From the NCBI GenBank assembly GCA_937921735.1, contig CAKZTQ010000054.1:1-11984 (forward strand): a stretch of 11,984 bases of DNA, read 5' to 3'. Below are positions 1 to 6,494 of the stretch, piece by piece. This DNA is from an uncultured archaeon (lineage in GTDB: Archaea > Hadarchaeota > Hadarchaeia > Hadarchaeales > Hadarchaeaceae). Below the pieces are notes generated by a model. That model was not told where the DNA came from and made no database searches. It worked only from the letters and a program-made list of their open reading frames with translations. Every line of letters starts with the position of its first letter. The stretch's first letter is position 1. The position numbers and the translations under genes were made by a program.

Positions 1-131
1 ACACCTGGAGCTGGCCTGCGCCCCGCTCGAATCCCTAATCAACCTCTCCTTCCCCTCTTCAAGCTCGTTTACCTCCAGATGGGATTGCTTGGCCCAGCCA
101 AGCGCAGTTTCGAGTCTAGGCGAGGATCAAA

Positions 132-596
132 TTAAGTCCGAATCCTCGGCCCGGGGCGGGTCTGAAGGAGGCGATAGCATCGCCGGAGGGCCTTTTTGTT
201 CTCCGGCCACTCCACGAGCTCCAGGGCCTCTTCGAACCGGCACCACCGCCAGCGATCGTGCTCCCCGGGGTCGAGCTGGGGCTCACCAGCCGCGAGGAGG
301 GCCAGGAAGACGAACTCCTCGACCTTCTCCACCTCCGGGCCGTAGAGCCGGCGGTCCTCCTCATCCAGAGGGAGGGCATAAGTAAAGTCGATCTGCTCGA
401 GCTCCACCGGGCTAAGGCCGGTCTCTTCCCGCAACTCCCTCTGGGCTGCCTCGGCGAGCGGCTCGCCCCACTCGGCCCCGCCGTTCACGCCCTGCCAAAA
501 GCCACCACGGCTTCTGATGCGGCGCAAAAGCAGGAACTCCCAGTCATCGCCAGCCCGCCGGACGGGGTAGACCAGAACCTGGACCGGTCGGCGCAT
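132..596 (-). CDS. Nudix hydrolase, NudB / dATP pyrophosphohydrolase-like (154 aa)
   Basis: Complete Nudix box GGAEWGEPLAEAAQRELREETGL (Gx5Ex7REUxEExGU). The upstream FLLLRR..GFWQGVNG and downstream EHxxWRW segments are typical of the NudB-like subfamily. High-GC codon usage. Confidence 0.92.
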   Translation of the reverse strand: MRRPVQVLVYPVRRAGDDWEFLLLRRIRSRGGFWQGVNGGAEWGEPLAEAAQRELREETGLSPVELEQIDFTYALPLDEEDRRLYGPEVEKVEEFVFLALLAAGEPQLDPGEHDRWRWCRFEEALELVEWPENKKALRRCYRLLQTRPGPRIRT

Positions 597-689
597 GCCT
601 CAATAGTGTCTTGACATGCTTGGAACAGCGCAAAATCACAAAGGGGAGAGGTTTCTACTTTTGGTGTTTGCGCTCGTTACCAATTTAAG

Positions 690-924
690 GATGAAGGTGC
701 GCCATTACATCCCACCCAGGGCAATGCACAACCAGGACATCTTTCCTGACGATGAGGATCCGCGTGAGCTCTTCGAGGTCCTCGGAGGGGGTTCGCCCAG
801 TACCGTTGGATCTGTCATGCTTAGTGTTTGACTCTAACCCTTGCAGAAACGCGAGAGGCCAATCCTCGGTGAAACCATTTGGACGTATGCGGTGTGCTAT
901 AACATAAACTGCGAACGACGCGGA
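690..924 (+). pseudogene. Eroded REP-associated tyrosine transposase (RAYT / Y1_Tnp, IS200-like HUH) remnant
   Basis: Stitching frames gives EGAPLHPTQGNAQ (693-731) / QDIFPDDEDPRELFEVLG (733-786) / QYRWICHA*CL (TAG at 822-824 where Y is expected) ..ETREANP / TYAVCYNINCERRG (883-924). These blocks are collinear with the RAYT pattern GAxYHVTxRGNxRQxIFxDDEDRxxFLxxL..WxCHAYCLMxNHYHL..ETPxxNL..YxxxFNxxxxRxG. The HUH motif is deleted. Confidence 0.75.
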
Positions 925-1100
925 GGTGAGACGGGGAGCACCGGAAGTTATGCGTGGTCTTGCCGGGAGAGAAAAGCGACTCCGTGTAACTGGTGGCTAA
1001 ATGAGTTTAGCCGTGGTTGACTGTTTTGGGGACCACGCCGAAGAAACTTTACGGGTGAGTTTCAAGCGGATTCGGTTGGCGACCTCAAAAGGGAAGCAAG

Positions 1101-1130
1101 GTGTCCGCAGGGAGGTGAACCCTGCGGCAC
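1101..1130 (+). promoter_or_regulatory. Shine-Dalgarno GGAGGTGA (1111-1118) and CTG start (1122) inside a GC-rich hairpin
   Basis: CCGCAGGG (1105-1112) and CCCTGCGG (1120-1127) form a perfect 8-bp inverted repeat, extended by GTG/CAC across one bulged T. GGAGG lies 6 nt before the CTG that opens a signal-peptide frame. Confidence 0.6.
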
Positions 1131-1638
1131 GTTTTATGGCTGTCAGGGTTGGCAATATTGTTTACGGGGTTTGCGGCGACGGCCCAGGTCATCAAGTCTC
1201 CTCTCCCACCTCTAAACTTGCCTGATCTGGTCGTTATCGAAGTCAGTTTTTAAGATAGAACCTGGGCATGGCGACTTCCGTGAGCACAAGTTCTGGATTG
1301 GAATCAAGAATATCGGATCCGACTACGCAGACAATTCCAAGGTCGCCGTCTTCATCCTTACCGACGTCACTGCAACTCCACCCGCGTTGTCGGTCTTTGG
1401 TATAGCAAATGTCTCCGGTATCGCCGCGGGCGATGCGCTCAAGGTCCTGGTTAGCCGTTGGCTCTCGGGGGACTTGACCTCGTGCTACGTCATTGTGGTG
1501 GTCGACCCTCCCGTTGCGGGAAAACCAACCGGGCAGGTGTTTGAGGGCGAAAAAGGCGAGAGAAATAACGGATTCATGTTCTTCCTCAAGCCCTCGTATG
1601 AGTCGCAAACCATCATGAACCCAGCATTTGAAAAGTAA
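1122..1638 (+). pseudogene. Secreted CARDB/Ig-like domain protein, ~171 aa after repair of one frameshift (pseudogene or sequencing error)
   Basis: Frame 3 from 1122 reads (M)RHVLWLSGLAILFTGFAATA-QVIKSPLPPLNLPDLVVIEVSF, a signal peptide plus the CARDB start motif PDLVV. Removing one T from the T5 run at 1247-1251 joins frame 1: KIEPGHGDFREHKFWIGIKNIGS..SKVAVFIL..GIAAGDALKV..YVIVVVDPP..VFEGEKGERNN..stop 1638. This contains the CARDB-like xxNxG, VxVDP and ExNN motifs. Confidence 0.75.
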
Positions 1639-1706
1639 CTGAGGGGAACATGCTTGCTTGACGTGCCAGGGCAGTACCAACCACTGTGGGGCCAAGGCTG
1701 TTGGGG

Positions 1707-1740
1707 CTGACCTCTTCTCGCGAGAAAAGGTCAGTTTTTT
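1707..1740 (+). terminator. Rho-independent terminator downstream of the CARDB-like gene
   Basis: Stem CTGACCT-c-TTCT / AGAA-a-AGGTCAG with a CGCG loop, followed directly by TTTTTT (1735-1740), about 70 nt after the stop at 1638. Confidence 0.8.
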
Positions 1741-1966
1741 CTTCTGGCTCTCGAGGGCCGAATGCGGCTCGGAGAGGTCAGCCTTTCTACGAATCGTTAA
1801 ATAAAACTCCAAGGGCATCGGCATAATGGTGCGGGCCAGCTCAACCTGACAGAGAGCTCGCTTCTGCAGAATGGCGTAAGTAAGCAGGTGAGTTGCTCAC
1901 AGCCAAGGGGAGGAAGAATCATAGTGCCTCGTTTACTGTGTCTGGGCCACATGGTAGCTTCTCATC

Positions 1967-2899
1967 TCAATTTCCGCAAAGCCCCGCAACCGACGTCCCT
2001 CCAGCCGCATTTCCCTTGCTTAGCACCGAGTACAGGAGCTTCTCCACCGCCACTACTTTCGTCCGCCGTTTGATCTCCTCACTCACGCGCCAAAGCTGGT
2101 TGGTGGGGTAGAGGTACCTACGGGTGGGCTCCGGATGGCGCAGGAACGCTAAAAGCGCATAGGCTCTGTTTTCCCAGTGGGCGACAACCCGAGGATAAAC
2201 CGCTCCCCAACGCTCTCGAAGTTTGCGAAGCGCTTCTTTCGCCTCTTCTTCCGTTTCCGCTTGGTACACGGCCTTCAGATCCTGGGCCGAGGCCTCCCGG
2301 TCCGTCCTTCTCCCCTTGTAAAGGGTATTGCGTACGGCATGGAGCACACAAAGCTGCCCCTCTGCCTCAGGAAAGATCTTCCGGATCGGCTCCTCTAGAC
2401 CCGGAAGGCCATCGGTGATGAAGATCCTCACCCTTCTTGCGCCTCGCCGCCAAAGATCCTTGAGGACCTCCTCCCAGTTCTCGGTGCTCTCCCCTTCAGC
2501 CCCGAAGGGCCAAAAGCCCAGGGTCTCCCGGCGGCCGTGGGGCTTGATCCCCAAAGCGATGTACACCGGCTCCTTTGCACTTTGTCCTCGGCGGACGGAG
2601 AGGAATGTTCCGTTCAGGAACACCGCGTAGGACTCCTCGTCTAAGGGACGCTCCCGCCAAGCGCGCACTTCCCCTTCCACCACCGGGGTGAGCCGGGAGA
2701 TGCTCTCGGGCGAGTAGAAGGCGCCATAGATTCCTTCGAGGAAGTGGAAGATGGCGCGGGTGCTCACCCCACAGGCATACAGGGCGAGGATGGCTTGGGA
2801 AAGTTCTAGGGAAGCCCGTCGCCGATACGGGATGGTCTTGGGGTGGAAATCCCCTTCCCGCACGCGGGGGACACGTTCTTCGCGGGTTTTGTCCGCTAT
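1967..2899 (-). pseudogene. IS256 (Mutator-type DDE) transposase pseudogene
   Basis: ORF 1967-2863 has IS256 motifs LYAxGVSTR, YIALGIxxxGRRExLGFW, ESxxxWxxVLxDLxxRG, ITDGLPGL, QxCxxHxxRN and EIKRRTKV. The first catalytic Asp reads N (VFLNGTF) and the catalytic Glu reads W (TNQLWR). About 170 bp of the N-terminal coding region is missing relative to copy 2 (junction near 2870-2875). Confidence 0.9.
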
Positions 2900-2938
2900 A
2901 GGGGCCTTCCCTCGTTTCTGTTCCGTGTTTTTCTGGGA

Positions 2939-2966
2939 AAGCTACCATGCTGCCCTCGGGACACAA
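2939..2966 (-). promoter_or_regulatory. Putative transposase promoter: -35 TTGTGT inside the IR, 16-bp spacer, extended -10 TGgTAGCTT
   Basis: Motif match by eye. The extended -10 is retained in copy 2 as TGgTAGCCT. Confidence 0.35.
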
Positions 2967-2982
2967 TTACCGGGACACTACC

Positions 2983-3151
2983 CCAGCCCCGGAAGCCCTG
3001 GAGAAGCTGGTCTACTTGGAATGTGAGCGCCAGGAGGAGAAATGGGCCAAGAGGCTGCGGGGTTTGGGGGAAGCGCAAGAGAAGCTCGAGAGGATGTTCC
3101 AGGACCGGTATCCTCAGCCACAGGCAGCGACACAAAATTCGTGACGCTACC
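2983..3151 (+). mobile_element. 3' end of a different IS256-family element (transposase C-terminus plus right IR), opposite orientation
   Basis: Reads PAPEALEKLVYLECERQEEKWAKRLRGLGEAQEKLERMFQDRYPQPQAATQNS* (stop 3144), matching the IS256 C-terminal EAxEKLxYL..RLRG pattern. The stop lies inside ACACAAAATTCGTGACGCTACC (3130-3151), an IS256-type terminal repeat similar to 2961-2982. Confidence 0.8.
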
Positions 3152-3258
3152 CCTAAATCCCTCTTCGTGTCGGAATGATTTATACACTCTATCAATCTCT
3201 TACCCAGCTAGGTCAGAATTCCTTCAATCCTTGCCATCCTTCCCTCCAGTGGATCCAT
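3152..3258 (-). pseudogene. Remnant of a small coiled-coil protein gene, interrupted by a stop and the IS end
   Basis: ATG at 3258 reads MDPLEGRMARIEGILT*LGKRLIECINH, a heptad-like LExRMARIEGILxQLxKRL pattern with TAG (3208-3210) at a likely CAG. It starts 30 nt after the stop of the upstream gene, on the same strand. Confidence 0.35.
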
Positions 3259-3288
3259 CCCTTCGCTAGATGTAGACCTCCAGGTATC

Positions 3289-5049
3289 TCATTCTGCTCT
3301 TATTCTAATCGGTGTCTCGGTGAAGAAGTCTATTTCTCGGCGCTCAATGAGCCTCCCTGATCGCCATATTTCCAGGAGTGTCGGTTTATTGTAATTGGCC
3401 TCATTGAAGACGATGCTAAACTTCGTCTTGCCCGCACTATCAGTCACGTAAGCTTCTCCACCAACTTTGATCGCTACCCCGCGCACCGGATGGCCCTGTG
3501 CATCTGTGGCAACCACATCAAATTCCCTGGTCACTCGGGCATTCTTCCACTGAAGATTCTCCCGCAGCCCCTCCATCCTCAGGCTCCCATTAATGACGAA
3601 GTCATTGGCCATCGAGTGATAGGGCACACTGCTGATGATCTCCCCGGCTTCGGTCCAAAGGGCGTTCTCACAGATTAAGGCCCCGAAGAAATCCCGCGGG
3701 ATGAACTCCACCATGTGGGAGTCGATTAGTTTCACAGCCGAGAGCCCGCTCGGCTGGAGAAAGAGATAATTGGAGTTGGTGATAGTCACATTGGAGTTTA
3801 TTATCGTGAGCGGCCATTGGCCCATGACTACAACATCGGTGAGGACGATATCCCGATAGGTCATGCTGGAAGGGACCCCTACCCTAAGGTCGCGGAAATT
3901 CACCTTGTCATTTCTTATGTCGAGGAACACCTTCCGGAGTTCTGAATCGGAGAGCCTGACATGGGCAGTCGGGTCGAGGAAGAAGATCCAACCACGCTCG
4001 TAAGGCCCGTGCCTGAGCTCCCCTGAAAGTTCATCTTTCAGCAAGGTCGTCCGTTCAAGAACAAGACCATAATCCGCCTCCGGGATCAGCTGGTGGACGT
4101 CCCAGTAGTCGAAATAGACCCCTGAGTGGAGGCCACTCACCTCGAGGTGGGCACGGGCGGGCACCCGAAGCCCAAGTGCACCGATCGTTGAGTCCACAAC
4201 ATGTGTATCCCCGCCCGTGACCTGGAGGAGCCCCCCAATCGGGTTGACCATCTCCGAGCGAGCCATGAAGAATCTTGCCCCATCTGACATATCGAAATAG
4301 TGGATCTTGGCCAACGAATCGGTCATCCGTACCTCACCATGGTTGATCACGCAGATCAGGCCGGTCTCGGTCCCTCCCGTAGGCGGGTAGATGCGGGTGT
4401 TCTCGATGATCAGCTTGGCCTCAGGATCGACGAAGAAGTATACATGAACCGTGGGGACTGTGCCTCTAGCCATCATGAACTCTGAATTCCTGATAATCAA
4501 AGTCGCGCGGCCGCGGATATAGACATGGCCCTTTTGGAAAAATTTCATGTTCTCGATTAGGTGCGTCTCTCTCCCTCCTATCACCATGTCTCCCTCGTGG
4601 ACAGTCCACTCCGAGGCGCATTCTTTTTGAGAAGCTGTCCTGCAGCCGAAATCGACGAGGTTATAGTGGTAAGCATTAGTGAGGCCTTTGCCTGGAATGT
4701 AAAACTGAATTGTCCCACAGCAGGGGAAATCGACGTGATCCAACCCAGCCACCCAAGGGAGCGTACCCACAATGAGGCCGGTTGGCGGCTTGGAGAGGGG
4801 AGCGTCGGGGCGGATGACCGGTTTCCCCATACCACCTTCCATCGGAACCTCCGCTCCGTCGAGATACATCCTCCAGCCATTCCATATGCCTGGCCAGGGA
4901 TCGAGCTCGATGTGGATGATGTGCATATCGGGATCCCAGGTTACATCAGTGATTAAAGTTTCTCCCGGAACAGCCGCGTCCGGCGCTCTCACCAGAGACG
5001 ACGAGACCATTACAGATGCCAAAAGAGCCAGACCCCATCTCCAAGCCAT
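3289..5049 (-). CDS. Secreted hypothetical protein (~586 aa): Cys-containing N-domain, putative right-handed beta-helix core, C-terminal carboxypeptidase-regulatory-like beta-sandwich
   Basis: Long uninterrupted ORF. The ATG at 5049 has a strong SD (AAGGAGGAG) and a signal peptide MAWRWGLALLASVMVSSSLVRA. Repeated ATLIIRNSEF / AKLIIENTRI / VRMTDS / VRLSDSEL / VTITNSN / VKLIDSHM strands suggest a beta-helix. The C-terminal VVATDAQGHPVRGVAIKV..YVTDSAGKTKF matches the CarboxypepD_reg-like pattern. Confidence 0.85.
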   Translation of the reverse strand: MAWRWGLALLASVMVSSSLVRAPDAAVPGETLITDVTWDPDMHIIHIELDPWPGIWNGWRMYLDGAEVPMEGGMGKPVIRPDAPLSKPPTGLIVGTLPWVAGLDHVDFPCCGTIQFYIPGKGLTNAYHYNLVDFGCRTASQKECASEWTVHEGDMVIGGRETHLIENMKFFQKGHVYIRGRATLIIRNSEFMMARGTVPTVHVYFFVDPEAKLIIENTRIYPPTGGTETGLICVINHGEVRMTDSLAKIHYFDMSDGARFFMARSEMVNPIGGLLQVTGGDTHVVDSTIGALGLRVPARAHLEVSGLHSGVYFDYWDVHQLIPEADYGLVLERTTLLKDELSGELRHGPYERGWIFFLDPTAHVRLSDSELRKVFLDIRNDKVNFRDLRVGVPSSMTYRDIVLTDVVVMGQWPLTIINSNVTITNSNYLFLQPSGLSAVKLIDSHMVEFIPRDFFGALICENALWTEAGEIISSVPYHSMANDFVINGSLRMEGLRENLQWKNARVTREFDVVATDAQGHPVRGVAIKVGGEAYVTDSAGKTKFSIVFNEANYNKPTLLEIWRSGRLIERREIDFFTETPIRIRAE

Positions 5050-5137
5050 CGTCTCCTCCTTCCCTTGTAAATTGATAACCATTGTAGACGGCATACCAGC
5101 CCTAGCCAATCAACCTAAACTTCAGGCTCCACCCCAG

Positions 5138-6115
5138 CATAGTGCCTCGTTGGTGCGCTTGGGCACCAGACCGGTGGCTTCCCATCAACACTTCTGCAAA
5201 TTTTAGAAACCGACGCCCTTCCAGCCGCTCTCTTAAGCTACTCAGCACCAAGTACAGGAGCTTCTCTATTGCCTCCTCGCCACAGGACACCTCCGCCAGC
5301 TTCGTCCGCCGTTTTATCTCCTTGGCCAAACGCTCCAGCCGGTTGGTGGTGTACAAGTACCTACTGATGGACTTAGGATGGCGCAGAAATGCCAAGGGGG
5401 CGTAAGCTTTGGTCTCTCAAGGAACAACAACTCGGCGATAGAGGGTCCCCCAACGCTTTCGTAGTTTCCAGAGCGCTTTTCTTCTTTCTTCGCCCCTTCT
5501 TTCGTTTCTACCCGGTACATGGCCTTCAGGATTTGAGCGAGGACCTTCCGCTCATTTTTCCTCGCCTTGTTCAGAGCATGGCGTACGGTATGCAGCACCC
5601 AAAGCTGCTAATCCGCTTCTGGGATAATTTTCCGGATCGCTTCCTCCAGGCCGGGAGAATCACCGGTGATGAAGATCCACACCTTCTTTGCACCTCGCTG
5701 CGAGACGCCGTAAATCCCTTCGAGAAAGTCGAGAGACGGCTCGGGTGCTCACTTCTGCGGCGTAGAGGGCGAAGATGACTTTTGAGAGTTCCAAGGAAGT
5801 CCGTCGCCGGTACGGAAGGATCTTGCACGCGGGGGACGTACCCGTCCTCCACCGGACCGACAAGGGTGAGGAGATCAAGGGTGTAATACCCGTCTACCCG
5901 TTGGCCTTGGTGGGGCACCCTTCGAGGTACACGGCCCGCTCCTCCCGCTATAGGGCTTCCAGGAGATCCTTCACCATGGCCTTGATCCGCTCTTCCGCCT
6001 CTTTTAAGATCTTTTCACGGGTTTTGTCCGCTATAGGGGCCTTCCCTCGTTTCTGTTCCGTGTTTTGGGGAAGGCTACCATGCTGCCCCGCGGACACATT
6101 TCCCGGGACACTACC
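5138..6115 (-). mobile_element. IS256-family insertion sequence, defective copy 2 (978 bp), same lineage and orientation as copy 1
   Basis: Left IR is the rc of ACACATTTCCCGGGACACTACC (6094-6115); the right end begins CATAGTGCCTCGTT (5138), as in copy 1. Transposase fragments lie in several frames: KILKEAEERIKAMVKDLLEAL*, DGYYTLDLLTLVGPVED, LPYRRRTSLELSKVIFALYAAEVSTR, HTVRHALNKARK and YLYTTNRLERLAKEIKRRTK..EKLLYLVL. About 270 bp of the catalytic core is deleted near 5700. Confidence 0.9.
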
Positions 6116-6494
6116 GGCAAGGGGCAACACTTTATCCACCGACTTTTTGGGTTGAGCTGTTGAAAGGATGCATACCCTTAGCTTGTTTCTGCTCAGCAGG
6201 TCCTCTTTTTCAAAACTGCGTACGTCTCAGGCGCTCCAGCCCTGTGGTGGTGCGAATCTACTAGTGACGGGCACAAGGTAAGTCACAGGACCGTGGCAGG
6301 TCCCTGGGGTCGGTAATCCTGCCCAGCGAGACGCGGGCTCTTCCAGACGCCCCCGACGACCCTTCGGCCATCCGCCTGAGGATAAAGGGGAAGCTCGTTC
6401 CGCTTCCACCGCGCGTCCGGAAGCTCGCTTGTTGCCATGCCTCGAGTGCAGCCGCTGAGTTGAAACTTGTAAAACTACTTCTAGAACTTGCATC

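Larger units (their letters stand above)
1920..2982 (-). mobile_element. IS256-family insertion sequence, defective copy 1 (1063 bp)
   Basis: Terminal inverted repeats: the left end reads GGTAGTGTCCCGGTAATTGTGT (rc of 2961-2982) and the right end reads CATAGTGCCTCGTTTACTGTGT (1920-1941), 15/22 matching. They enclose an IS256 transposase frame. No target-site duplication seen. Confidence 0.9.

Noticed and set aside
1-130. SD-like purine tracts on the minus strand suggesting a gene starting at the window edge
   Set aside because: There is too little sequence to establish a frame, and candidate frames are short or hit stops.
601-640. Perfect TTGACA (611-616) and IS256-IR-like ATAGTGTC (603-610)
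   Set aside because: No properly spaced -10 box (CAAAAT is only 14 nt away), and the IR similarity stops after about 8 nt.
1243-1824. 193-aa minus-strand ORF
   Set aside because: It is antisense to the CARDB-like gene and its terminator, and has no recognisable motifs.
1902-1919. Possible target-site duplication: GCCAAGGGG (1902-1910) vs GGCAAGGGG (6116-6124)
   Set aside because: One mismatch, and the left copy is 9 nt away from the IS end at 1920, so it is not a valid duplication.
5050-5109. N-terminal extension of the 606-aa ORF
   Set aside because: A strong SD and signal peptide point to ATG 5049 as the start.
6132-6140. DnaA-box-like TTATCCACC
   Set aside because: A single copy with a mismatch, and no box cluster or AT-rich unwinding region.
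6280-6400. CCAGGGACCTGCC on the minus strand, resembling the 3' end of a cobalamin riboswitch
   Set aside because: The other conserved elements (GCCACTG, GGGAAG, B12-box context) were not found.
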